Below, piece after piece: positions 18,232-26,523 of a DNA stretch of 64,000 bases. Numbering within the stretch: the stretch's first letter is position 1; each line of letters opens with the position of its first letter. The position numbers and the translations under genes are program-made. Origin of the DNA: a virus. Taxonomy: Duplodnaviria; Caudoviricetes. Where the stretch lies: positions 33,761 through 97,760 of IMG/VR virus record IMGVR_UViG_3300043432_000083; one strand, written 5' to 3'. The notes beneath the pieces are model-generated. The model saw only the letters and a list, made by a program, of their open reading frames with translations, searched no databases and had not been told where the DNA came from.

Positions 18232-19363
18232 ACGCCCCGCTCCTTCCTGCGTCGCTATTCAACAGATGTGCCTTGCGGTCACATCGGCAACCACAATCCG
18301 CCATCCACGCTTCCTGTCGCGCCATCCATTCGGCCATCTGCTCAGCGGGATAGTCGTAATACAGGTCCCAGAATCCCTTGTCGGCCAGATTGCCCAATGC
18401 AATGGGTCGGAAATCCGGCGCTGCCGACTGCGAACAGGGATACAGCCAGCCGTCATAGCCGATGGTCGGGAAGACAAACCGGGAGACGCAAGGGAAGGTC
18501 CTCGATTGTCCGATCAGATCACGCTCCTGATCAGTGTCTGAAAACATGGTCTGGCACTCGGCGCTGCTCTCCTTATCCGTGACCGTCTGGATCATGTCCG
18601 CCCAGCGCAACCGCTCGTCTGGCGTTAGGAGCAAATCGGTGGCGCAATTGCCGCGAGGTTCCTGCGGGAAGGCGAAGCGCAGCACATCACAACCTGCCTC
18701 TCGGAAGTCCTGCACAAATCTCTGCATTTCCCCAAGTCTAGCATTCTCGCGGAACACCAAATAGGTCGCAGCGAGTTCAAATGGTCGCAAGAGCCATCCC
18801 CTCCGGACTTGGCTCAACGCTTCAACATTCTCCAAGACTCGACGGTATAGTCCGGTCCCGTAGACGCCCTGATGCACAATGCCGTAGATTGCATCTGATC
18901 CTGCATCAACGCTCACACTGACATAGCTCTTCCGGTGCATCATGCCAGATTCCAAACTGTTTAAGAGGGCATCTGACACTTTCAACGCCTTCGTGTTGAT
19001 TCCGACCGTGATGCCGCGACACACCGCCGCATTGAATAGATAGTCGAAGTCTGGTGAGTGCAGGGGGTCGGTTGCGTACCCGGCAAAGATGATCTTCTGC
19101 ACACCACCATCGATCATCTCAGTCAGCACGTCCAGCGCCCGGTCTAACGGGAGTCGGTCAGATACAGCTTGCGCAGATCCGCCATAGCAATGCGGACAGG
19201 GGAGCCAACACAACTTATCGGTCGCCGGTCCAGGCTGCCATTCAATCTGATGCGGCATCACAGTCTTGTTGAGGACCGAGGTCTTGAATACGGACCAGTC
19301 CGGTACATAATCTGCCGCATACTGATACCGGGCCAAAAAGAACTCTTCCATCATCACGGTCAT
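18221..19363 (-). CDS. Radical SAM enzyme with C-terminal SPASM/twitch-like Cys cluster
   Basis: CWLPCPHC (Cx3Cx2C), SVDAG, C...DGWLYPC..LGN, C-terminal CGCRC. Confidence 0.88.
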   Translation of the reverse strand: MTVMMEEFFLARYQYAADYVPDWSVFKTSVLNKTVMPHQIEWQPGPATDKLCWLPCPHCYGGSAQAVSDRLPLDRALDVLTEMIDGGVQKIIFAGYATDPLHSPDFDYLFNAAVCRGITVGINTKALKVSDALLNSLESGMMHRKSYVSVSVDAGSDAIYGIVHQGVYGTGLYRRVLENVEALSQVRRGWLLRPFELAATYLVFRENARLGEMQRFVQDFREAGCDVLRFAFPQEPRGNCATDLLLTPDERLRWADMIQTVTDKESSAECQTMFSDTDQERDLIGQSRTFPCVSRFVFPTIGYDGWLYPCSQSAAPDFRPIALGNLADKGFWDLYYDYPAEQMAEWMARQEAWMADCGCRCDRKAHLLNSDAGRSGAFGR

Positions 19364-19980
19364 GCCCACCATGCCCCTTGTGGATGGACAACAGCATCCT
19401 CGCGATTCAGTATCCGCTCGTACAGTGCTGGGTAATCTGTCACGATGCCGTCAGCCTGCATCCACTCTTCCAGCTTGGCCAGATCGACCGGTCGTCCGTG
19501 CAGTTCAGGAGATAGGACATAGGCTCGGAAATCATGCTCATGCAAGAGTCGAATATCCTCTGCTGACACCCAATCTTCATCCGGCTGTTCAAGCCATGCA
19601 CCCTGCTCGATGGCGTTCACATCTATCTGCTCACGCTGTGTCACAACCGTCAATGTCCCAGAGAGACCACAATAGGGATGCAGTGGACTGATAAATATTT
19701 GCATATTCGTCCATCCCTGCTTTGCGAGGGTGATCCTCATGTTCTGCACCGTCTCTTGGCTCTTCAGATGCAGGAACACTTGCTTGCTGAACTCTGACTT
19801 TGGGATTTCCCACCAGATCTCCGGTCGATCATGGCCCACGCGGAGGAAATTGTGATGCGCGCCCCAGACATCAACCTCCACACCCCACCCCTTATTTAGA
19901 GCCTCGTCAAGCGCACAGGGGTGATTCTGGTGACGTTGTTCTGGCCACCAACTTCCCCTATGGCAGATGATCTGTGTCAC
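19360..19980 (-). CDS. PLC/GDPD-like phosphodiesterase-fold protein
   Basis: ICHRG, EVDVW, GHD, HLK, SPELHGR, GIVTDYP. Confidence 0.75.
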   Translation of the reverse strand: MTQIICHRGSWWPEQRHQNHPCALDEALNKGWGVEVDVWGAHHNFLRVGHDRPEIWWEIPKSEFSKQVFLHLKSQETVQNMRITLAKQGWTNMQIFISPLHPYCGLSGTLTVVTQREQIDVNAIEQGAWLEQPDEDWVSAEDIRLLHEHDFRAYVLSPELHGRPVDLAKLEEWMQADGIVTDYPALYERILNREDAVVHPQGAWWA

Positions 19981-20210
19981 TTGGCCTCCGCTGCTTTGCG
20001 TGACAGTTGATCGATCTGGAATCGGAGGCTCACGATCTCAATCTCCCGCTGGATTTGTCTGGCGAAGTCCACCAGGGTGGATTCAAGCGCCTGTGACCGC
20101 GCTTGGCATATTGCCAACTCCTTCGCAGCCTCCGGCTTCTCCTCCGCGAACGCCATCACCGGCATCAGCATCAACAGCTCAATTACAATCAACCATCGTC
20201 TTACGGACAT
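19977..20210 (-). CDS. Small coiled-coil protein with predicted signal peptide
   Basis: MSVRRWLIVIELLMLMPVMAFA|EE then heptads. Confidence 0.6.
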   Translation of the reverse strand: MSVRRWLIVIELLMLMPVMAFAEEKPEAAKELAICQARSQALESTLVDFARQIQREIEIVSLRFQIDQLSRKAAEAK

Positions 20211-20539
20211 ACGACCTCATGGCAGGTTAGCAGGTTCTCGATCTTCAGCTTGATCCCGTCCGTAGTCGTATCCGCCGCCTTCCGCAACTGCTCGTCCTTA
20301 TATGTCTTCGCCTGCGTCACCACGCCGTCCACCCACTGCGTCAGCAGATACTCCACGTACTCTCGGCGCGTCCAAGCCACAGACGGCGGGGTCAGGGCGG
20401 CGCGCTCAGCATTGACTTTTTGCAACAAGACGCCAATCGCCCTATCTTGGTCGTCAGTGGTTGTCAAGATCAATGATCCCGCCCACGCCGGGTGGCTGAG
20501 GGCGAGGAAGAGTAGGGTCAATCCAATCAGTCGTCGCAT
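20201..20539 (-). CDS. Hypothetical protein with predicted signal peptide
   Basis: Start reassigned to MRRLIGLTLLFLALSHPAWA|GS; AGGAGG RBS. Confidence 0.65.
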   Translation of the reverse strand: MRRLIGLTLLFLALSHPAWAGSLILTTTDDQDRAIGVLLQKVNAERAALTPPSVAWTRREYVEYLLTQWVDGVVTQAKTYKDEQLRKAADTTTDGIKLKIENLLTCHEVVCP

Positions 20540-20549
20540 GCAATCCTCC

Positions 20550-21332
20550 TTAACTTGTGGGCGCCACAGGTTCGTCATAGACCAACTCGAATCGTATGCG
20601 CCCAGTGGCATCCGATGGAGTGGCGTTCGGCGTAATGGTGATAGTTTGCGCAGCAACACCCACATAATTGGTTCCCCACGCCCTCGTACCTACATCAGTC
20701 GTATTGATCGCGGTCGAGGCCGACGCGCCTTGCTGCAAGACCGTGCCGGACGTGGTGGCAGTAATGACCATCACGCGCCATGCCACGCTTCGCAGGATCG
20801 CGTTGGCGGGAATGGTGATCGTCGTCGCGGTAGTCGGGGAAGCGGCGATGGGGGTGAGTTCGGTCTTGTGGCCCTTTTTAAACTCCTGCCCGTTGGCACC
20901 AGCGAGTGTGATCCCGGCTCCAGCCAAAGGGGAGAGTGTCAACATTGTTGCGCCAGCAGAGTTTTTGATGTTAACAACAAAGCTCCCAGTGGGTTGCCAT
21001 GTCAGATGGTGTGCGGTGTCTTTGAAGAATCCCCATTTGCTGACTCCATTATCGTAGAAATATAGGGACGCATATTGTGCGGCACCGGGCGTATCGAGAA
21101 TCAGATTGTTGTCATTTCTCGTGATCGTAACGGCTCCCCCACTCACCGTCAGCCCTGCCTGCATGGTTTGGAGGGCTTTCCACTCATTCGGACGATTCAG
21201 TGCAATTCCGCCTCCGCTGCCTTGGTACCCTGGAGACGGGAAGAAGCCTTGGGCTGAGGCGAGGCGCGGGAGCAGGGCCATACACAAGACCAGCCACAAC
21301 ACAGGAGCAATCCTCAGTCGCCGCTGCATCAT
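20550..21332 (-). CDS. Fibre-like beta protein with predicted signal peptide
   Basis: MMQRRLRIAPVLWLVLCMALLPRLASA|Q; N.W...QT...GL and FYDNGVSKW motifs typical of phage fibres; T/A/G-rich. Confidence 0.6.
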   Translation of the reverse strand: MMQRRLRIAPVLWLVLCMALLPRLASAQGFFPSPGYQGSGGGIALNRPNEWKALQTMQAGLTVSGGAVTITRNDNNLILDTPGAAQYASLYFYDNGVSKWGFFKDTAHHLTWQPTGSFVVNIKNSAGATMLTLSPLAGAGITLAGANGQEFKKGHKTELTPIAASPTTATTITIPANAILRSVAWRVMVITATTSGTVLQQGASASTAINTTDVGTRAWGTNYVGVAAQTITITPNATPSDATGRIRFELVYDEPVAPTS

Positions 21333-21637
21333 CGCGCCTCCATGATCCGCACGTTGCCGCTGCCCACCACCCAAACCGCGACCGACTGCGTCAAGGTCCA
21401 ACTCGCGCCAGTGTTGGCAGGGATGATGTAGCCAGCCCCTGAGGTGGCGGTGGCGGAATTGAAGCCCCAATAAACATGATCCGAGGTGTTGTTGAACACC
21501 GACAGCATCTTACGTCCCGAGAATGGGGTGGCCCCCACCCGCACCTCCTGCGCTGAGGTGACGAGTGAGAGCGTCCCGACCGTACCGCTTTCGCTGATGG
21601 TGACCCGCTGATCTGCTCGATACCAATCACGAGGCAT
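21329..21637 (-). CDS. Small beta-rich putative virion protein
   Basis: RK.L.VFN....VYWG......G..I..G.....V.IME pattern; downstream of capsid. Confidence 0.55.
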   Translation of the reverse strand: MPRDWYRADQRVTISESGTVGTLSLVTSAQEVRVGATPFSGRKMLSVFNNTSDHVYWGFNSATATSGAGYIIPANTGASWTLTQSVAVWVVGSGNVRIMEAR

Positions 21638-21649
21638 AGTTCACCCTCC

Positions 21650-22072
21650 TTATGGATTGACGATGAACCAGCCCACGTCGATGTTCGCCGCCACGCCACT
21701 CTGCGTTCCGAGGTAACCGAGCGAAAAATACCCACCGGACCCCTGCGGAGCTACGGTCGTCACCACGACCTGCCCGATCAGGTTGTAGGATGCTACCCCA
21801 GCACCCAACAGCACCGGAGACACCAACACCACCGCGCCGGAATTCAGGGCGGTCGTGCTCTGTGTGGCGGAGGTCGCTCCGGAGTTGATTCTGGTGATGC
21901 CCGCCACTCGGTTCGCCCCGCCCATCGCGGCTCTCGGCGGCACATTGTGGATCAGTGCGGACGACAAGGTCATCGTTGCATTGACGGCCATTGGACCGTT
22001 AAAGCCGACAGAGCCGGTAAAGGTCGCTCCGTCAGCGGCGACCAATTTCCGTCGAATTTTATGCACGGCCAT
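21650..22072 (-). CDS. Putative head fibre/decoration protein
   Basis: G/A/T/V-rich, ends IDVGWFIVNP; two genes after capsid. Confidence 0.5.
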   Translation of the reverse strand: MAVHKIRRKLVAADGATFTGSVGFNGPMAVNATMTLSSALIHNVPPRAAMGGANRVAGITRINSGATSATQSTTALNSGAVVLVSPVLLGAGVASYNLIGQVVVTTVAPQGSGGYFSLGYLGTQSGVAANIDVGWFIVNP

Positions 22073-22143
22073 ATTGATTCACCATTCTGTCACCCTGGAC
22101 ACCTTTGCGCTTCTGCTTCACTGGGTCCCTGTGTCCCGACCAG

Positions 22144-22449
22144 TTATAGCTCTGCTTGCTTGGGCTTGTTCCGCCGACGACGAGGTTCTGGAACGTCTAC
22201 CTGCTCGAACTCTTCGAATGACTCTGGTGTATTGACAGGCTCCTGGCCCATCTCTGCTCGAATCTGCTCGTCGGTCTTCCGGACAATGCAGCCTTCGCCG
22301 TACTGCTCTTTCAGATATCGAACATTACTTGGGTCTTGCCACGCCGATGGCAGCTTCTCGCCTTTGCGGCACACCAAGGTCCTGAAATTGAAATCCCGGT
22401 TCGCGTACCAGTTGCTTCGTGCAAAATCATCGCCCCATCCAGAGGACAT
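22144..22449 (-). CDS. Hypothetical protein following capsid gene
   Basis: Start reassigned to MSSGWG (AAGGAG RBS); acidic then basic tail. Confidence 0.6.
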   Translation of the reverse strand: MSSGWGDDFARSNWYANRDFNFRTLVCRKGEKLPSAWQDPSNVRYLKEQYGEGCIVRKTDEQIRAEMGQEPVNTPESFEEFEQVDVPEPRRRRNKPKQAEL

Positions 22450-22469
22450 GATTACTTCACTCCTTCTGA

Positions 22470-22556
22470 AAGAAGAACAGAAGCGGAGGGAGCACTGGGT
22501 ACGACGCCCATCGTTGTGTCCTCGTTGTCGTGAGGCTGCGTCATGGCTCCCTCCGC
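22470..22556 (-). terminator. Terminator-like branched hairpin after capsid gene
   Basis: GCGGAGGGAGC (22483-22493) pairs with GCTCCCTCCGC (22546-22556), followed on the minus strand by TTCTGTTCTTCTTTC. Confidence 0.55.
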
Positions 22557-22568
22557 CGCTATTTGTTG

Positions 22569-23570
22569 TTACGCCACCACCGAGCTCAGCAGATAGGTCA
22601 GCTGCGTTGCGGTGATCCGCTCGTCTTGGAAGTAGTTCACCCGCTTGAGGCGGGCCTTGATGTCGTCGTCGTCCTTGGTCTCCACGAGGAAGTCCGTGAA
22701 GCCCTGCGGCCGCCACCGGAAGGCATACACGCCCGACGGCGTGTTCCTGGCGGGCCGATCTGCCGCCACAAACAGGCTGGCGTTCTTGCCCCAGATGAAG
22801 GTCATGCTCGACGCGCTGGTCGGCAGGCCCTCCGCCGCGTTCTGCTTCGGCGTTTTGCCCACAAAGTACCGACCCACCTGGAACACCGGCGCGATGACCG
22901 CCTCGATATTGCCAGCAGTGGCCACCTGCGCACCCTTGACACGGTCAATCATGTCGGGATGCAAGAGCAGCGAGTCATGCACTTCCTGTCCCACGACCAT
23001 GGTGAATTTGCTCTGGCCGGTCTCCTTCATGATCCACAGCCGACCGGTCGTGACGTCCGAGACCGGGTCGCTGTTGGCACGATCCGACCACTGCGCGGTG
23101 CCAGTCAGGGCATTGCCAGACCCGACGTTCGCGGCGGTGGTCAGCAGATTCGCCACGCGATTCTCCATGTCTAACATCAGGAGCTGCATCACGTGACGGG
23201 CCGCACTCTCTTCAAGCGCCAGAGCTTCGTCGGCGTTGTCCAAATCCTCATACGCAATGAACTCCTCCAACGCATAGTTCTTGGCATAGTAGGTCGCGCT
23301 GGAGACCGCAGTTTCGACTCGGTTCGGGCGGGTGCCGCGAGCCCGGTTGGTGTCAGGCACCTTGAACCAATAATCCTTATCCCAGGTCCGGTATATATCA
23401 GACTGCTTGGCTACTGGAACCACCGGAATGATCTGCGGAGCCAAGAACTGACTGGGCTCCACATAGAACTGAATCGACATTTCGCTCAAGGGTGAATCGA
23501 TGTGCCAGTCTGTGTCGCTGGCTGCGTATCGCCGCTCTGCGGAGAGGGCGGCCATTCGTGGATCACTCAT
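22569..23570 (-). CDS. Major capsid protein (HK97 fold, phage E-family-like)
   Basis: 333 aa; LAPQIIPVVPV, W.D..NSDPVSD, LLLHPDMIDRVK; follows protease and cement genes. Confidence 0.88.
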   Translation of the reverse strand: MSDPRMAALSAERRYAASDTDWHIDSPLSEMSIQFYVEPSQFLAPQIIPVVPVAKQSDIYRTWDKDYWFKVPDTNRARGTRPNRVETAVSSATYYAKNYALEEFIAYEDLDNADEALALEESAARHVMQLLMLDMENRVANLLTTAANVGSGNALTGTAQWSDRANSDPVSDVTTGRLWIMKETGQSKFTMVVGQEVHDSLLLHPDMIDRVKGAQVATAGNIEAVIAPVFQVGRYFVGKTPKQNAAEGLPTSASSMTFIWGKNASLFVAADRPARNTPSGVYAFRWRPQGFTDFLVETKDDDDIKARLKRVNYFQDERITATQLTYLLSSVVA

Positions 23571-23592
23571 AATTAGTCGCTCCTTTCTCCGC

Positions 23593-23970
23593 TTACGCGG
23601 CGCCCGTCAGTTGAGGATTGAGGATCATCGAGAAGGTGCCCGATGCCACCACGCTCTCTCGTGCGGTCCCGGCATAGTTCGATCCTACCGCCGTGCGGAA
23701 GTAGCCCTGGGCGTCGCAGTCCAATCGGTCGCCCCGAGTGATGGCGGCTCCGGCCACTGCCTTCGTGATGCCGCTCATCCGGACCCGAACCGTCCGGCCC
23801 GATCCTGCCTTGGTCTGCGTGACGCCGATGATCGCGCCGCCCGACAGACTCGTCACCCGCACCTGGTTGTCATTCACCGTCGATAGGCGAACGCCTCGGT
23901 ACTGATGACTCGACAAATCCCATTCGGCCACTGCCGAGAATTCCGGCATGCCACCAATGCTCTCAGCCAT
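23593..23970 (-). CDS. Capsid cement/decoration protein (DUF2190-like)
   Basis: AIIGV, GITKAVAGAAITRGD.L..DAQG, G.ARES. Confidence 0.8.
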   Translation of the reverse strand: MAESIGGMPEFSAVAEWDLSSHQYRGVRLSTVNDNQVRVTSLSGGAIIGVTQTKAGSGRTVRVRMSGITKAVAGAAITRGDRLDCDAQGYFRTAVGSNYAGTARESVVASGTFSMILNPQLTGAA

Positions 23971-24111
23971 CTCTTATATCCTAACCCACTCAGGGGCATT
24001 CATTGTCGCAATTCAATTTAGTGCTTTCTAAGTCCCTACGAATTCTGTCCGATACGGACAGCCTGAAATCCTATCGACCTGCGACACGCAGATCAATTCC
24101 ATACCTAGTCC

Positions 24112-24783
24112 CTATTTCTTGAACATCCGACCCATGCGGGCCGCTCCAGCATCCTGCTTGGCCTGTCCTTGCGGCGTGATACCCGCCGCCATGTCCTTCA
24201 GGTCCGGATTGGCGTCATAGATCGCCTTCAGCGCCACGCTGAACACCTTCTCATTCTTGTCCTTCATGTACTGTTTGGCCTGCTTGGTCGCTTCGGCCTT
24301 CGCCTCAGACGGTCGCAGCAGCTCAAGAGTCCCAGGCTGGCCCGCCGTCTCGGTCGCCTCGCCGCTGGACAGCTCCTTGAACAGGAAGGTCCCAGGCTTG
24401 CGCGACTCGAACAGCGACTTCAGGGCGTCCAGGTTGGACAGCTCCTTGCCGTTCTGCGAATAGGCTTTGACCTGCCCACCGGAGAGTGTGTCATACAAAT
24501 GCTCGACGATGGGCCGCTCAACCGGGAGGATCTTCAGATTGGACTCACTGGTCAGGGAGCTGAACCACGACTCCTTCTCGGTGACGCGGTTCCGCTCGGC
24601 CAGCTCCGCCTTTTCCTTCTCCAGCTCGACCACGCGCTGCTGGGCGGAGGTTTCCTTCTGGCTCAGCTCAGTGACCCTGGTGGAATGCTCCTGAATGGTG
24701 TCCGACAGTTCTTGATTCTTGTTCGTGAGTTCCGCGATCTGGGCCTGCAATGCCTCGACCGTCGGAGTCTGTCCGTCAGCCAT
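24112..24783 (-). CDS. Internally initiated scaffolding protein (in frame with protease)
   Basis: GAAGGAG RBS ~8 nt before in-frame ATG of MADGQTPTVEALQAQIAEL; Mu gpI/gpZ-type arrangement. Confidence 0.6.
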   Translation of the reverse strand: MADGQTPTVEALQAQIAELTNKNQELSDTIQEHSTRVTELSQKETSAQQRVVELEKEKAELAERNRVTEKESWFSSLTSESNLKILPVERPIVEHLYDTLSGGQVKAYSQNGKELSNLDALKSLFESRKPGTFLFKELSSGEATETAGQPGTLELLRPSEAKAEATKQAKQYMKDKNEKVFSVALKAIYDANPDLKDMAAGITPQGQAKQDAGAARMGRMFKK

Positions 24784-25749
24784 TGCGTGTGCTCCTTCCG
24801 TCGGGGCAGATGCGCCCACTGGGGTTGTGTCCGGGCCTAATTCGCCATCGGACTGCATGTTGTTTTTCGCTTTGCTGATCTGTATGGCTTTCTCCTGTGC
24901 TTGCGCCTCTGCTTCCGAACTATGGGTACCCAAGACCTTACCGGTAGACTCAGAGATCAGCACCCACTTGTCTCCTTGCTGCTCAATAATGTATCGCCTT
25001 TCTGCCTGTTGTCCAAATATCTGAAAGGCTTCGTCTGGTTCATAGAGATCGCAGACCTGTCCCGAGGCACATTCCCCTTCCACCAAAGAGCAGCAGGCAA
25101 TATATTGATTTGTGCCCTTGGGATCGGAAGGCCCACAAAAGAATTCACAATTGCCGCAGCAATCCATCAACCCATCATCATTTGCATCCTCGCCGCCTGC
25201 TCGATAATGAACTACGGCTTTGTCCTTCTTGTTAACAGTAACTGGAAGCGACCATTGCGCGGTGGATGGGGCAGACCCGTCCATCATGCCCATGTCATAC
25301 CGCTTGAACGGACGCTGCTCGCCATCGTACAGCGTCTCCAATGCCGCGAGGCTGGTCACAGCCGGGATGTCCGCGCCAAGCAGTGAGAGCGCCTTGACAA
25401 CCCGTGGCCATGTCTTGCCATTGCAACTGTAGTCCCAATATATCTCTGCCGACACCCTATTGTATGCGCGCCGTTTGATCGCTTGGTACACCTGCTTCGG
25501 CAGATCGGTCAGGTCGCAGTAGAGCTTGTCCCCGATGCGCCGGAGGTTCCTCACCCAGCCGATGGCAGGCATCCCGTCCGACTGGGCCAAGGGCTGTGAG
25601 GCATCGTGCCCCAGCTTCATCGGCGGATCGAATCCGACCTGTCCGAAGGCAGCGACCATATGGTCCAGATCCTGCTCGGAATAAACATCACGATTCCACG
25701 TGCCAACGCTGAAGATGGGCACCTGTTTTAGCTCAAAGGTTTCACTCAC
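24112..25749 (-). CDS. Prohead protease/scaffold (Mu gpI-like) with inserted domains
   Basis: IF.VGTW, PMKLGH, PAIGWV..L, Y.RVSAEI, LSLLGADIPAV; C-terminal coiled coil. Confidence 0.88.
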   Translation of the reverse strand: MSETFELKQVPIFSVGTWNRDVYSEQDLDHMVAAFGQVGFDPPMKLGHDASQPLAQSDGMPAIGWVRNLRRIGDKLYCDLTDLPKQVYQAIKRRAYNRVSAEIYWDYSCNGKTWPRVVKALSLLGADIPAVTSLAALETLYDGEQRPFKRYDMGMMDGSAPSTAQWSLPVTVNKKDKAVVHYRAGGEDANDDGLMDCCGNCEFFCGPSDPKGTNQYIACCSLVEGECASGQVCDLYEPDEAFQIFGQQAERRYIIEQQGDKWVLISESTGKVLGTHSSEAEAQAQEKAIQISKAKNNMQSDGELGPDTTPVGASAPTEGAHAMADGQTPTVEALQAQIAELTNKNQELSDTIQEHSTRVTELSQKETSAQQRVVELEKEKAELAERNRVTEKESWFSSLTSESNLKILPVERPIVEHLYDTLSGGQVKAYSQNGKELSNLDALKSLFESRKPGTFLFKELSSGEATETAGQPGTLELLRPSEAKAEATKQAKQYMKDKNEKVFSVALKAIYDANPDLKDMAAGITPQGQAKQDAGAARMGRMFKK

Positions 25750-26018
25750 CCTCTGTCCTCCTCAGCCAGCCTCGGCATCAGTCGCACTCTTGCACCCTCA
25801 ATCGCTGAGGAGCTTTCAACGGATCGTCGCAGTAACTTGTCGCGCATCACTCTGTTGCTCAGATAGTGATTGGTCTCGATCCATGGCTGAAGAATCGCGG
25901 TCGGCGCGGACGCAGGACAGGACCCCGTGGCCTGGTCCGACAAACACATAGGGGAGGAGGCGGCATAGGGAAGGATGCCGACCTGTCCTGCCGCCGACAG
26001 CGTAGTCCTCTCACTCAT
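25746..26018 (-). CDS. Hypothetical protein
   Basis: ORF overlapping protease start. Confidence 0.4.
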   Translation of the reverse strand: MSERTTLSAAGQVGILPYAASSPMCLSDQATGSCPASAPTAILQPWIETNHYLSNRVMRDKLLRRSVESSSAIEGARVRLMPRLAEEDRG

Positions 26019-26069
26019 GCGAAGCACTGAGTCCACTGCATTACCAACTCCACCTCCGCCACCGACGAC

Positions 26070-26255
26070 TCATCTTCGGTTTGCCTCTTTCTCCGTCTGC
26101 TCCCATGGATTGTGCACCCTGACACCCCGGTCCACGGTCGTCCCTGCAAGCTGCGTCTTGCCACACTTCCCACATCGTACACCAGGCTTGCCGCCGATCC
26201 AGGTGCGGGAGAATCGACCGCCGCAATTGCTATGCACTGTCCCTGGTGAGGCCAT
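26070..26255 (-). CDS. Small Zn-ribbon protein
   Basis: HSNCGG...CGKCG; GGAGG RBS. Confidence 0.55.
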   Translation of the reverse strand: MASPGTVHSNCGGRFSRTWIGGKPGVRCGKCGKTQLAGTTVDRGVRVHNPWEQTEKEANRR

Positions 26256-26256
26256 C

Positions 26257-26523
26257 TTAACATCCCTCCTTCTCGCCCAACTCGTCTGGAGTGATCTTGC
26301 CATACTCTAACACTGGTTTGTCGAATGCCTGCGTGATGTACAGCAGATCGTCCTTGAGCTCCTCTAAACTGTCTGCGCACAGCGGGATCGGCTCCTCGGT
26401 ATAGCTACAAATGCTACCATCGTCATCGTCATAATAAACTTCATGGATGCCGTAGTGCTCGATCTCATCTGGGCTGATCTCGCTCCGCAGATAGCGATGA
26501 AGAATGCGATAGTTCCACGTCAT
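26257..26523 (-). CDS. Conserved-type phage hypothetical protein
   Basis: MTWNYRI...YGIHEVYYD...AFDKPVL. Confidence 0.7.
   Translation of the reverse strand: MTWNYRILHRYLRSEISPDEIEHYGIHEVYYDDDDGSICSYTEEPIPLCADSLEELKDDLLYITQAFDKPVLEYGKITPDELGEKEGC

Noticed and set aside
19977-20539. Spanin or holin cassette
   Set aside because: No lipobox Cys after the signal peptides and no adjacent endolysin.
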